A DNA stretch of 64,000 nt from Lingula anatina. Lineage: Eukaryota > Animalia > Brachiopoda. Under the pieces are notes generated by a model. That model worked only from the letters and a program-made list of their open reading frames with translations. It did no database searches and was not told where the DNA came from. Made by a program: the position numbers and the translations under genes. The stretch spans positions 7,006,001 through 7,070,000 of the forward strand of contig CM120643.1 in assembly GCA_051362555.1 (NCBI GenBank). Direction: 5' to 3'. How positions within the stretch are numbered: the stretch's first letter is position 1; each line of letters begins with the position of its first letter. Below, one piece after another: positions 14,117 through 28,800 of this stretch.

Positions 14117-14670
14117 TCATTCGACAGCATCTTCCGTATCTTTACGAAAAAAATATATTGAAAACGCATCTGTAATGATTAACTCTGAAAGATAAAAAAA
14201 GCTTTTGGCTTGTGAACCTTCTTCTGGTACTAAAACAAGAATAAACAAGCAAACTACAGGGATGCGTGACGTATGATGCATGGAAAAGGGACACGAAGTT
14301 AGAAGTGCGTGATAAAGGTTAACGTCTTGAAGATTACGTAATAATAAAATAAGAATAATATTCGTTGAGATATTCATTGTCTCTATAAAGTCCTTTTTTG
14401 AAGTGTCTAATATTTTTATGAACTTCTTCTCGACAATCCGTCTTTGTCTTGTGTCGCGTATGTGTCCCTTTAAAAATGGTGACTTTGTACTGTGGTGGTT
14501 CTTGATGCGAGTTTTAAGGGCGTAAGACAGCTTTTTTCTATCGTTTTCACTTTTAATTACTATTAGTTCTATTACTGTACATAGCAACCAATTATCAGCG
14601 CTTTAAGCTTGTACTTTTTATTACAGATACAAGCAAGGCAAGCAAAAAGTCTCTGGCAGTGAATTGTGAA
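14117..14670 (-). mobile_element. Decayed Penelope-like element fragment (GIY-YIG C-terminus plus degenerate hammerhead motif)
   Basis: LKTRIKNH and RQRRIVEKKFIKILDT resemble the PLE GIY-YIG tail, followed by CCAGAAGAAGGTTCACAAGCCAAAAGC (14201-14227), a mutated CUGANGA...GAAA core. Confidence 0.5.
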
Positions 14671-14842
14671 CTGTTGCTGCTACCACTCCTACATAAAGTA
14701 GATATTGCAAACATACATCGGCACATGAATCAATAAGATATCAGACAACTTTCATGGAAAATAAACTGAAATTAAAGCTGGATATTCTTTTATCTATTAT
14801 TATTATTTCGCATTTACGTTAAATCTCGGCACGTAGGCCTAC

Positions 14843-15066
14843 GGGTGCTTTCCCAGAGATTTAGATCGATCTAAAGATTAAGTTTTAGATAGACCTAACT
14901 CCCTGGGGGTTCACGCTAAATTGCAGTCAGCCGAGCGGGCACCATAGTTAATTACCCCCTTACAGCTTTTAGTAGGCGGGACAGACGCTTTAGCGGGCCA
15001 AGCTGACAGTAATCTAGTGAGACTCCCCACAGTGATAGATCGATCTAAAAATCTATGGAAATGGGG
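14843..15066. mobile_element. PIF/Harbinger-like MITE (inverted copy at 55610-55824)
   Basis: Imperfect TIR cccagagatttagatcgatct / agatcgatctaaaaatctatgg; internal sequence is the reverse complement of 55610-55824. Confidence 0.65.
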
Positions 15067-15730
15067 TGTACGTCTTCATCACCATCATACTTCCGTCGCA
15101 GTCCGAAGCGACGAAGTTCAAACAGCACATATCCGCATCAAAACCATATATAGGAGATCCTTACGTAGGAAACCACGCGCTAGAGAACAGCATTCTTGTT
15201 GGCGGTATTGTCACTATAATTTATAGAATCATGAACAAATCTGGATGACTCTATCTATAACAAAGTAATTATTACGTAAAAATAAGAAAATTACTTTTCA
15301 GAATAATGCAAGAAAAATTAATGAAAAGAACAAAGGCAAAATAATTTTAAATTAAAAATGGAATCTGAACAACAAATACAGCTTCAAGCAAATGAATATA
15401 CACACCCTTGACTTTCGAGTTAAGCTACAATTAATTTTTAAAATAATGTCGGTACCTTGTCAATGTATGGCAGGACTACGTGAAAACGACTTACACCCTC
15501 CCCTACACTAAACACACACACATACACGCGCACACACACACACACGCACAGGCTCATCGTCGAAGAGGGGGAGAACCAAATCCAATCGTCGAAGTTGTAC
15601 ATCGGTTCACTATTTGTCCTAAGTAAATCATCATAAAATAAACGAATCAGATCAAAATTACAATAAAGCGCGGAATGTGCAGACCAGCATAATCAACAAC
15701 TGTGGGTTTGGATACAAAACTGCTCTTCCC

Positions 15731-17251
15731 CGTTGTCAACGCTATCAATTCAGGTCTATCTTTTAATAAAAATGTTTTAGGCCTATATACATGTAGAACA
15801 ACAGACTTCGGTCTAGCTGTGTGTAGCCCCAAATATGTTATACATGTAGCATTATCAAAATAGAAATACCATATCTTCTTGAACATGAAAAGTCACATTA
15901 GAATCCCCCCCCCCCCGTCCCACCAATACGCCCCTTTTCTACATGATACCATACAAACTCAGCGTGTGTAGGAGTGTGAAAACTAAAGTAGATCAAAAGT
16001 TCACGGATAGGATATGCCATGTAAGGCTTCATAGGGGAGATAGGTTATCTCCTTTTGCTCTTTTTTTTAACCTGTCAATTTTGAGAAGAAATACAGTGAA
16101 TCGGCGTCTCTCATTGCACTTAGTCAATATAAATTCAAATATGTAAAACATCTTTCCTTTATCACGCAATTCGTCAGATGTAATAAAATTCAGCATTTCC
16201 CTACAAAACCTTTACCCCCTCTTGTGAATGCAATGTGCCGTCTGCAGAGCTCAGCGTCTGCTACCTCGCTGGATGCTTCGCGGTTCCCGGGATGTGAACA
16301 GTTAACGAGGTCCGAAGAATTTTAGGGAGAGTCAGATGAAATATAGAGGGACCGTGGCATCTATAAAGTCCTACATGATGAAGCTGGAGATTGGGCTAGT
16401 TTTACTCTTTTCTTTCAAAGTTTGCAATATACTCTGGCTTTCAGTACCCCCATGCAAGCAAAATATTTTGCTGGTATCTTGATACATCTCCCACTTGTGT
16501 CTCCCCCCTAAAACGGTCCACACTAAAAAATCAATAATCGTATGGCAATTGTATACAGGCAATTGACCTACTTTTATACCCGTACAGCTATTGTCAAGTT
16601 TTATGGCTATGGAGTGAAAACGTGATACACGTCTGTGAGATAAAAATTATTTCTAATTACATGATTTACAAACAGTGCATTTGGAATAAAGGTGTACAGA
16701 TTTGTGAGCAAAAGATGACATTGCTATTTGAAAATAATGAAAAAATTGGAGACAAGCCTAAATCAGAAAAAATGCATTTTTTCTCTTATATGCAAATTAG
16801 GTTCCTTGAAGTAATATAAGACTGGCCGGAAGTGATGTTCAGAGATTTGTAACGATGATGATCTTGATGGCCTTGATGATCTTAATGGTGGTTCAAAAAA
16901 ATATTATCAAAGTTTTCAGTTGTCATCTGGTGAGAAAGAAATTTTCTGCACTAACGCAATCATTCCACGAGTGAAAAATAATTAGTAAACGCGCTTCAGA
17001 GATGCGCTGCGAAAATCACACGCGACATTTCGTCATAATTATTTGATATAGGTAAAAACTGTGATTGAAAATGGATATCGGCAAAGCATTAAAATTTTGA
17101 CAGCATTTCTGTTTATTTGTGTTCGACAAGGATGAATTAAATTAGAATATCCCCTCTCTCTCTTTTTAAGCGAATATAAAGGAGAAAGTCGAGCGAAAAA
17201 ATAATACGCATAACAGTCAAAATATTCAGAAGTAAAAAAAATTTAGAGTTA
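15731..17251. repeat. ~1.5-kb non-coding repeat; uninterrupted paralog of the LTR element insertion site
   Basis: Colinear with 32205-32804 + 40831-41716; carries a single ATAC at 16429-16432. Confidence 0.85.
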
Positions 17252-18095
17252 CACATGCAAAATTTTAAGGCAACTTGTAACCTTTTCAATTAATGTTGTA
17301 AAGTAAATGACTTACACTTTCACTAACTGCAGATAAAGATTATAACGGAATCAAACAAGTTCAAGAAAAGGGAGTTATTGAGTGTTGCGCCGACAGACAA
17401 CTCACAACGTAAATAACAACAACAACAACAACCTACATGTACATGCAACATGGTAACGCAGTGGCGGATTAAGAGGTTTCTGAAAAATATAACGCACCAA
17501 TATTCCCCTCTTGAAATTAGAATTTTGTCTAACCTTTGTATATTTTTAATTGGAAAATCTACTTATTGATATTATTCCATTTTTTCACAAAAATTATTTG
17601 TTTTTCTAAAAATTAAAGTGAAAGGGAAAAGATTAGAGGGAGAAAAAGATCAACAATTGAACATACATATTTTCCTCAAAATATCCTTTATTACAGTGAA
17701 ATAATGAAGAACATACATACTATTGGCATGCATGTACCAAAAACAAAAAGACTTTCACTAGTATCTAAAAATGAAAATCAATATATCTTCATACATAAAG
17801 AACAATGCACCACCTCCAAAAGAATTAACAAAATTTAAAGTATGGCAATACAGTATGGACAGACCTCTATTCAAATAAATAAAAATACATCAATAGAACA
17901 ATTTTAAATATCTAATTTCCTTGATCTGAAAACAGTAAAGGAACGAACCTGACAAACTACACTGATATCATTTTATTTCCATTTCTTATTCTTTATTTCA
18001 CAATACACGCTAACAGATTTACCATCATTTTAATATAAACAACTAACAAAATTGTTAAGATGCAGAAAATGTCAAAAGAACGTGTTTACATATGC

Positions 18096-18366
18096 AACTA
18101 AAAAAGCACTCAGAGAGCACAGACCTCTGCCAAGTCAGCAAAGTCTCCACCCAATGCCATTTCACCCCTAAATTTTCATTCTAAAATGATTTAGTCTTTT
18201 ACTTTTGATTATTGATTGATTATTGATCCGGATCACCACCAAAAACTATTCATCTGTTCTTTGGCCCATTCTGACAGTTCCTGAAAATTTCATAAAAATT
18301 GGCTTTTTGAGTTATGTGGATGACAGACAAACAGGGGTGAAAACATAACCTTTTTGGCGGAGGTAA
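18096..18366. mobile_element. Short Helentron/HINE-type element
   Basis: AACTA start, subTIR ACCTCTGCCAA (18123) / TTGGCGGAGGT (18354-18364), GACA microsatellite before the 3' end. Confidence 0.65.
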
Positions 18367-19377
18367 TTAGTTCAATAATGAAACGGTTAACATGCCAAAG
18401 AATTGAAAGTAGCATAGGTGACAGCAATGTACGGACATGGCTGAAAATAAAAATCATATTTAAGTGAATGTTGCAATGGTGTGGGACAAATTTTCTTCCA
18501 GCCTTCTTAAAGCTTTTATATTTGTACAACATTAATAAAATTTCCATCTGAAGACATCTATACAAATGTCATATGACATACAGTTTAAAGCCAGAAGGAA
18601 AAAGCATTATTATGTCTTGTATACTGTAAAATTAAAATTTATCTTCTACCCTTTTCTGAACCAAGACAACAGTTCTGGGAATGTTGAGTACACCAAGGAA
18701 GCCAACACAGATATGTATTTCTAGGATAATGTATTAAAACAAACTGCAAAATGCCATTTTGGATTTTCATCTGGATTCTTAATTTCAACTCAGCTGTTAC
18801 ATTAACTAAGCTGTATCATTTTCCTCACATTTTTAAATACAACAAAAATATCATTATTACGGGTCAGATAATACTTGTCATGGAACTTTTTTGTTGGTTG
18901 TATTTGCCTTAGCACTTCTTTTAATTCAGTCCCTTAATCCAGTTAATACATGTGCTAACTACTATGTAATAATACAGTCTCATGGTTACGTCTTGCAATC
19001 TGTAAAGCCTACAGATTAATCAAGATTTTAAAAATCTGTTAACTGATTTCTTATTGTTAAATTAGCAACAAATAAACCAAATATTGGTATGAGAGTTCTT
19101 TGAGGAATATTTTATGTGCAAGCATGAGGGCTAAAGTTTCTGCAAACAGAACATCAGCACAAACACTATATTCAAACAGGAGGACTGACTCTTTAATAGC
19201 GTAACATTTTATCTGGAATTATTTAGTAAACAGGAATTCCAATTCTTCATCAGAGTTGGAAAGCTTCACCCATAAAAGAACAAATATATCATATGGGTTT
19301 AATATAACACTTCATAATAAAGTTCCATCATAACTACCAACATCTATTCTGCTTTGTGCGAGACATATTTCCTCTCA

Positions 19378-22300
19378 ACACATGGATAAGACAAAGTGCT
19401 GCTCTTGGTGCTGTCTTTCACTGCCTGCTTTTTCATGGTAAGGGTACTCTGAAAAAAGAACAATATAACTGAAAAAACTGAAAATTACATTGGAAAGACT
19501 AGCAAATCCAAGGACTTAAAATAGTTAAACGTTAATAATTTTGTCAAATCTTGTCTAATATTTCTGAAATTTGTACAAATGATGCTTAACAACAATAAAT
19601 ATCTGTGATTAGATGATCTGTTGACTGTATCCAATGAAAAGTGTTTTTTGGGACAATTAATTTAGGACAACTGAAATTTACATTGAAAAGACTGGCAAAT
19701 CCCATGACTTAAAATAGTTAAATGTTAATAATTTTGTTTCTGAAATTTGTACAAATGATGCTTAACAACAATAAAAACCTGTGATAAGCTGATCAAATGA
19801 CTGTGTCTAATGAAAAATATCTTCTTTCGACAATATCCTTGAAAAAACTGAAAAGTACACTGAAAAATCTGGCAAATTCTATGGCTTAAAATAGTTAAAT
19901 GTTAATAATTTTGCAATGTGATTATAAAATAAAATAGCAAACGTGATGATTTGAGGTTGTTTGTGTAGGAGGTTGCAAATTACCTATAACTGTTATCTGG
20001 AAAACAATATATACCCAAACAAGACTTCTCCTTACTATCAATGTCAGATGCAGATTACTCCTTACAATCGGTTTCTGGAATGGGTTGTTATTATCACAAC
20101 ATTTGACAATGTCCTAAATCTTGCCACATATCATGTATTGTACACATGGATAAGACATAGTGCTGCTCTTGGTGCTGTCTTTCGCTGCCTGCATCTTCAT
20201 GGTAAGGGTACTCTGGAAAAAGAACAATATAACTGAAAAAACTGAAAATAACATAGAAAACGCTGGCAAATTCCATGACATAAAATAGTTAAACGTTAAT
20301 AATTTTGTCAAATCTTGTCCAATATTTCTGAAATTTGTACAAATGATGCATAACAATAATAAAAATCTGTGATAAGCTGATCTGTTGACTGTATCTAATG
20401 AAAAATGTTTTTTGGGGCAACATATTTGGGACAACTGAAATTTACATTGAAAAGACTGGCAAATCTCATGGCTTAAAATAGTTAAACATTATTAATTTTG
20501 TCAAATCTTGTCCAATATTTCTGAAATTTGTACAAATGATGCTTAACAACAATAAAAATCTGTGATTAGATGATCTGTTGACTGTGTCTAATGAAAAGTG
20601 TCTTTTTGTGACAATATATTTGGGAAAACTGAAATTTACATTGAAAAGACTGGCAAATCCAAGGACTTCAAATAGTTAAACGTTAATAATTTTGTCAAAT
20701 CTAGTCCAGTGTTTCTGAAATTTGTACAAATGATGCTTAACAACAATAAAAACCTGTGATAAGCTGATCAAATGACTGTGTTTAATGAAAAGTATCTTCT
20801 TTCGACAATATCCTTGAAAAAACTGAAAATTACACTGAAAAATCTGGCAAATTCCATGGCTTAAAATAGTTAAATGTTAATAATTTTGCAATGTGATTAT
20901 AAAATAAAATAGCAAACGTGATGATTTGAGGTTGTTTGTGTAGGAGGTTGCAAATTACCTATAACTGTTATCTGGAAAACAATATATACCCGAACAAGAC
21001 TTCTCCTTACTATCAATGCCAGATGCAGATTACTCCTTACAATGGGTTTCTGGAATGGGTTGTTGTTATCACAACATTTGACCATGTCCTAAATCTTGCC
21101 ACATATCATGTATTGTGCACATGGATAAGACATAGTGCTGCTCCTGGTGCTGTCTTTCACTGTCTGCCTTTTCATAGTAAGGGTACTCTGGAAAAAGAAC
21201 AATATAACTGAAAAAGCTGAAAATTACACTGAAAAAACTGGCAAATTCCATGGCTTATAATAGTTAAATGTTAATAATTTTGTCAAATCTTGTCCAATAT
21301 TTCTGAAATTTGTACAAATGATGCATAACAACAATAAAAATCTGTGATTAGATGATCTGTTGACTGTTTCTAATGAAAAGTGTTTTTTGGGACAACATAT
21401 TTGGGACAACTGAAATTTACATTGAAAAGACTGGCAAATCTCATGGCTTAAAATAGTTAAACATTATTAATTTTGTCAAATCTTGTCCAATATTTCTGAA
21501 ATTTGTACAAATGATGCTTAACAACAATAAAAATCTGTGATTAGATGATCTGTTGACTGTATCTAATGAAAAATGTTTTTTGGGGCAACATATTTGGGAC
21601 AACTGAAATTTACATTGAAAAGACTGGCAAATCTCATGGCTTAAAATAGTTAAACATTATTAATTTTGTCAAATCTTGTCCAATATTTCTGAAATTTGTA
21701 CAAATGATGCTTAACAACAATAAAAATCTGTGATTAGATGATCTGTTGACTGTATCTAATGAAAAATGTTTTTTGGGGCAACATATTTGGGAAAACTGAA
21801 ATTTACATTGAAAAGACTGGCAAATCTCATGGCTTAAAATAGTTAAACATTATTAATTTTGTCAAATCTGGTCAAATGTTTCTGAAATTTGTACAAATGA
21901 TGCTTAACAACAATAAATATCTGTGATAAGCTGATCAGTTGACTGTGTCTTATGAAAAGTGTCTTTTTGTGACAATATATTTGGGAAAACTGAAATTTAC
22001 ATTGAAAAGACTGGCAAATCTCATGGCTTAAAATAGTTAAATGTTAATAATTTTGCAATGTGATTATAAAATAAAATAGCAAATGCCATGATTTGAGGTT
22101 GTTTGTGTAGGAGGTTGCAAATTACCTATAACTGTTATCTGGAAAACAATATATACCCAAACAAGACTTCTCCTTACTATCAATGCCAGATGCAGGTTGA
22201 CTGGCAAATCTCATGGCTTAAAATAGTTAAACATTATTAATTTTGTCAAATCTGGTCAAATGTTTCTGAAATTTGTACAAATGATGCTAAACAACAATAA

Positions 22301-23515
22301 AAACCTGTGATAAGCTGATCAGTTGACTGTGTCTAATGAAAAGTGTCTTTTTGTGACAATATATTTGGAAAAACTGAAATTTACATTGAAAAGACTGGCA
22401 AATCCAAGGACTTCAAATAGTTAAATGTTAATAATTTTGTCAAATCTCGTCCAGTGTTTCTGAAATTTGTACAAATGATGCTTAACAACAATAAAAACCT
22501 GTGATAAGCTGATCAAATGACTGTGTTTAATGAAAAGTATCTTCTTTTGACAATATCCTTGAAAAAACTGAAAATTACACTGAAAAATCTGGCAAATTCC
22601 ATGGCTTAAAATAGTTAAATGTTAATAATTTTGCAATGTGATTATAAAATAAAATAGCAAATGTGATGATTTGAGGTTGTTTGTGTAGGAGGTTGCAAAT
22701 TACCTATAACTGTTATCTGGAAAACAATATATACCCATACAACACTTCTCCTTACTATCAATGCCAGATGCAGATTACTCCTTACAATGGGTTTCTGGAA
22801 TGGGTTGTTGCTATCACAATATTTGACAATGTCCTAAATCTTGCCACATATCATGTATTGTACACATGGATAAGACATAGTGCTGCTCCTGGTGCTGTAT
22901 TTCACTGTCTGCCTTTTCATAGTAAGGGTACTCTGGAAAAAGAACAATATAACTGAAAAAGCTGAAAATTACACTGAAAAAACTGGCAAATTCCATGGCT
23001 TATAATAGTTAAATGTTAATAATTTTGTCAAATCTAGTCCAATATTTCTGAAATTTGTACAAATATTGCTTAACAACAATAAAAATCTGTGATAAGCTGA
23101 TCTAATGACTGTGTCCTATGAAAAGTATTTTTTCAAGAGGATATATTTGAGAAAACTGGAAATTACACTGAAAACACTGGCAAATCCCATGACTCAAAAC
23201 AGTTAAACAAATATTGTCCAGGCCCGTAGCCAGTGGGGTTTCGGGGGGTTCGAAAGAACCACCCCTTTTGCTGGGAAAAGGTCCACTCTGGGTAAAATTT
23301 TGAAGTGTCAAATTTATGGGAAATTGATAATCAGAAGAATGAGAACTGACCAAAACAAATATTGCAATGTATTATTTACTCTCTTTACTTTGAAAGAAAA
23401 TAGCAAATGTAATGATTTGAGTTTGTTTGTGTAGGAGGTTGCAAATTACCTATAACTGTCATCTGGAAAACAATATATACCCATACAAGACTTATTCTTG
23501 CTATCAATGCCAAAT
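19378..23515. repeat. Composite tandem array: 193-bp A units interspersed with ~320-bp B units
   Basis: A unit period 193 (21411, 21604, 21797); B units at ~19910, ~20885, ~22055 (truncated), ~22630, ~23395 (truncated). Confidence 0.9.
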
Positions 23516-24350
23516 GTGATCCATGACAGCCAACCTGCTGAGAGTGAATGGCACCCTATGTGGACAAGTTGGGAATGCTGGAATTGATAACAGGTGACTA
23601 CATACATCTTTTTCAATAGCAGTATATGAATCAGCTTTGAAACAGTTTTAGAAATGGACCAATATCTGTACTTTAAAGCTGGAACATAATTTTATATCAT
23701 GTTTTCAAACAAAGAAGTTGGTATTTTCTGGTCAAATGCACCCATTACTCGTCTCTAAATTCCAGAGTTTACTAAATTGACAAGCAATCTTTACAGCTTC
23801 AGTAAGGTCGTAACCCACTACCTGACAACCCATTTCTTTGATATCCATCTTCATTCTAAGCAATACTTACTACACCCTTCCTCATTGCTGTCATTGCTAC
23901 AGTCATTGCTGTGGTAACATCTCCAAGTTAAGTCGATACAGCAACAATATTACCACATACAAACATATATGGATGACGTGTGATCAACAGGAAGACAATA
24001 AAAAATACATCTTTAAAACAATCTACTTTATTTTCAAGTGTCTTAAAACTGTTCCTTCACTTTCTTTGACAAAGCATTAAAATACCTGGGTAATTTACAT
24101 TAAAATTCTTACATCACTAGCAGCACAAATCCACCTAAATATCAGGCATTTCACTGCACAAGATGAAAAACTTGCTGAAAGGCTGTGATTAAGCAGCATT
24201 ACAGATTAAAAAATTCACTGAAATAAAGTGAAATATGTAAAGATCCAGAAGACAATGAGATCTACTTATGAAGATTTATGAAACTCATGTTGTTATCTGA
24301 CCATCTTGAAAATAAGCCTGCGGTTATTGTGTTTTATTATTTTTTATTTT

Positions 24351-24695
24351 AGTATAGTCCTATGCCTCCTATTACAGTGTAGTAGTCTGGAGTCATTGTG
24401 TTCCATTGTGGCAGTATAGTCCTGTGCCACCTAGTACAGTGTAGTAGTCTGGAGTCATTGTGTTCCATTGTGGCAGTATAGTCCTGTACCTCCTAGTACA
24501 GTGTAGTAGTTTGGAGTCATTGTGTTCCATTGTGGCAGTATAGTCCTGTGCCTCCTAGTACAGTGTAGTAGTCTGGAGTCATTGTGTTCCATTGTGGCAG
24601 TATAGTCCTGTGCCTCCTAGTACAGTGTAGTAGTCTGGAGTCATTGTGTTCCATTGTGGCAGTATAGTCCTGTGCCTCCTAGTACAGTGTAGTAG
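24351..24695. repeat. 62-bp minisatellite, ~5.5 near-identical copies
   Basis: agtatagtcc starts at 24351, 24413, 24475, 24537, 24599, 24661. Confidence 0.95.
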
Positions 24696-25802
24696 AGTGT
24701 AGTGTGCAGTGCAGATGATGAACTGGAAAAGACAAAAAAGTCAATGACCAGGGTTTTTCCTCAAGATCCAGAATATTAGAATTACATCAAATAAACTGCA
24801 AAGAAATATTTTATAAAATAAAATTTACCAAAAAAGTGTTGATGTAAGTCAAGGCTGAAGCATACACCAGTACTGATAATAAAGAGATGGGTTTATTGTG
24901 CTTTCTGAAACTCGGGATGGTAGTGCTAGTTCACATAAGTGGACACGCCATGGGAAGTTTCAGTTGTTCATAGTTAAGTTCATATATTACTATTTCGACA
25001 GATGACTCAAAAGAAACAAGAAAAAGGCCCACTTAAAAATTATATAAGAAGGAATAACGTCAGTTCTTCATTTTATTGCCTCACCTTCATAAGGCATTGG
25101 GTAGTTGCAGATGAAACGGGAATGTCAAAACTGAAGTAGATGATTGCGTGCAATCTTGCTAGATCTCCAAGAGCGTTTTAATCTACAGCGTCAACATTCT
25201 GAAGCCTTTTGTAAAATCTTCACCAGCACATTGCATCGTGATGTGAACAGTGAACAACTGACACAGTCGATACCATATGTATCCGTCACTTTAGATGTCT
25301 CATTCTGAATTCACCGATTAAGTTTGGCAATAGAATCTATAACAAAACCCTCTAAGAAAAGTGTCCTGATGTATGGTGAAACACAGTGTGCAGAACGTTT
25401 GATAAAAATTTCGACTTTTCAGCGTCACCCTTTGCCTAGTCTACTCCATATAAAAATTGCTTAGTATAGATGGCGCTATGCAAGAGGTGAGACTTAGGAT
25501 TTGTGAAGGACTGTGGCCAGTATCAGCAACAGGTTCACCGCCTGCTTTCTAAGAAACTCTTGCGAGGAGGGAGAGAGTTCTGGAACCGCAATAGATATGA
25601 CCAGGGTCCAGGCACTGTGATATATATTACGATAAATTGTGAATTCTATTTAGTAGTTCTAAAGACTCAAGGTCGAGAGCTTCTACAAAGCGTCAATTTG
25701 ATTGGTTTAAAGTTAAGGAAACAATACAGGAACCGTCCAATGAAATTCTTTTATGCAATAATTATTCCTGTTTATTGTTTTAGTAAACAAAGCAAAGAGA
25801 CA

Positions 25803-28800
25803 ATGTCTACACAGTCGCTGGTAAGTTTTATTTTTTATTCAAAACTGAAATTCTGTAGCAAGTTCAATGTAAGCCCACACAACGCCTTTTTACCTTTTCA
25901 TGATTTTTTATGTGGTTAATTTTTATTCTTAAAAAATTCATGTCACACGTTTTGCTGATCATTCTGATAATGGTACAAATGCATACATCACAAACTACCA
26001 AATAAAGATACAGGTGCCGTATTCTCAAAACTTTGTAACTTAACAACAATTTGTAACAATTTCGAGAATACGGCCCCAGAACTCCATGATTTGTATCTTG
26101 TTTAAGATGATTTCATATATTTATTGTACATATTGCAGATGACAGCTGATATGGGAATTGAAATTAATAAAGAAGAACAGTGTGCTCGTAAGTTGTGTGT
26201 TTGTATAATCAGACTGTATATGTATGTGTTTTATAATACAATATGGGCCTAAACTACTCTTGCAATTATTTTGTTGTTACTAAAAAAAAAAAAAAAAAAA
26301 ACATTTTATTTGCTCATAATATGAAAATAAGATAGATATTTATCTTTCTTTATTCACATTAATTGAAGGGATAATAATTAACTCTTTGTATGAGATCTAT
26401 ATTTTACAATAAAAACATTGTGAAGAACTCATATAATAAAATATAATATAATATAATATAATATAATATAATATAATATAATATAATATAATATAATCTG
26501 TTTTACCTCAAAAACAGACGTTATAGCTATTATTCTGATATCTGAGCTTGTCAGCGGACCACGTGAACTCCATAGATGGCTATATTCTGTAATATGAGAT
26601 TATAACAAAAAAAAAAAAAAAAAAACTTTGTAGGAAAAAAAAACAAAAAAACAGGGACTAACTTTGAATGTAGAAATGGATTCATTAACCATTGGTAAGT
26701 ATGGGAAAATTGTTGTTTACCCCAGGAAAACACATTTTTTGGTCAAGACGAACAGTTATTATCCCAGTGATCAATTTGAATGTCTGTAGTGTAAATATCA
26801 AAAAGATATATTGATAGGTAAAGATATATTGTGATATTTATTCTTTTTATTTTTAATAGCCATGGCCACAGTCAGAATTGTTTTAAAAAACAATTTATTG
26901 AAAGCAAAAGTGGTGGGCAGGGGAACTGCCCTCGGGGGATGGGACCCCCAGCGAGGAGTGAACCTGTTAAGGTTCACCGATCAGAGTATCTCCTGCCCAA
27001 GGGCTCAAATATGGTATGGAAATTCATTAAGCCACAAAATGTAAGTATGAAACTTTTTTTTTTTACAAAAATAATGATCTGAGGTAAAAATGATAATCTT
27101 TCAAATTAAAAAGAAAATTTAAAGTCCAATACGTTTAAGTGTTTATTTATTCATACCTTCATTCATTTCTTCTGGTGTATTTGATTTATCATTTATGGTA
27201 TATATATATATTAACATTTTACTTTTAATTTTAGACATTAACATATCATCAAGTAATTTATTTGTTTGTTTGTTTGTTTGAGTGTTTGTTTGTTTGTTAT
27301 CGTTCATTCATTCATTCATTCATTCATTCAGCCTTATCACCTTGGGTGTGGCTGGACATGGGAGCCTGAACCCTTTAGGAACAGGCGCCTCCAGGTGACA
27401 ACTAAGGACAGCATGGAAGTGACCTGTACTTGGGGAGAACTGGACATGGAAATAAAAGGTGCTTGATCTTATAATTCTCTCTCATATAACCAATGGAAAT
27501 CAAAGGTGAATTAACCTTTTAATTTTTTCATGCATAACATATTGAAATAATTATGATTTGATCCAACAATCCTATAAAGTATAACCTATGGGAAGATATG
27601 ATGAAATGGTCCTTTAATATTGCCAAATACATTTAAGACTTTATTTTAGTGTATATCATAACTTGTAAATAATAAATAAATGTGCCATCTTATTCCAGAG
27701 TGGGACTACATGTACAAGCCTGAAGTCCACACCAGAGGTAAGTCCACACCATTGCTCTATTCAATCAACTTGATGCATTTTTTATCTTTTAGAAAGGATT
27801 CATGAAATAAAATTACAACAACATTTTGACTCTCAGGGTGCAAGGCTGGACCCTCAGGGGCTGTTGGCAATGAATTTGGAGACCTAGCTAATGCGCACTA
27901 ACTCCATGGGAACTCTCACTGAATACAATCAGATTAACAGACTAACACGCTTCTCTTTGTTTCAAACATACTCCAACATACTCACATAATTGGTATTCCT
28001 TAAAATTCAATTCTGTTCTTTCAGGTGATACCAAAGAAGAGAATAATGTAGCAATTGTTAAGACCCTAAGCATTGAGGAACTAGGTAAGGCTGGAATCAC
28101 AGTAAAATAATAGTGTTATGAATTTTAATATACTTGTACACACACACATACACTAACAAACACACATACACACGCACATATATTAATTTTTAAGTCAATT
28201 AAATCTTAGAATGTGTCTTCATCAAATTGTAATAAGTCTACTGAATCCTTTTTGAACATGCACAGATATGGAATGTTACATGTAAGTTTTCATTTGCTAT
28301 CATTTTTCTCTTTTGCTGATATCAAAGACACAAAGAGTGTGTCAGATGCTGAGGGCAGTGAGGAGAGAGGTAAGACAGTAAGGTCACTTTAAGGGAGGAA
28401 TGTACCCAAATATCGCTAAAAATCATCATTTTGGGTTTTTTATGTCTAATTATTGGTCAAATGTGTATCTAACATGTAACGGAATAACCTTTTTACATTT
28501 TGAACAAAAGATATGTTTTTTCTGAGGATTTTGATGCTGCACTCATCGGCACCGGTGGCTTGGTCTTTTCATTTAACACACTTTAAAATGTACACACACA
28601 CACAAACATACTCTCAGACACAAACAGATTGAGGCTGGGGTCTTCTGGGTCTTCTGAAGATGTCCAGAATTTTTTATGTTTACATTGATCAGGATCTAAT
28701 TTTTTTTGTCAGAAGACAGTCCATAATGGAGGATGGATCAACAAACATAATTTGCAAGGCTTTCAGAATATATTTCTGGATCCAATCCTGACAAGCACTG

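Noticed and set aside
24351-24695. 62-bp array as coding repeat or CRISPR
   Set aside because: Period is not a multiple of 3, there are no spacers, and no ORF spans it.
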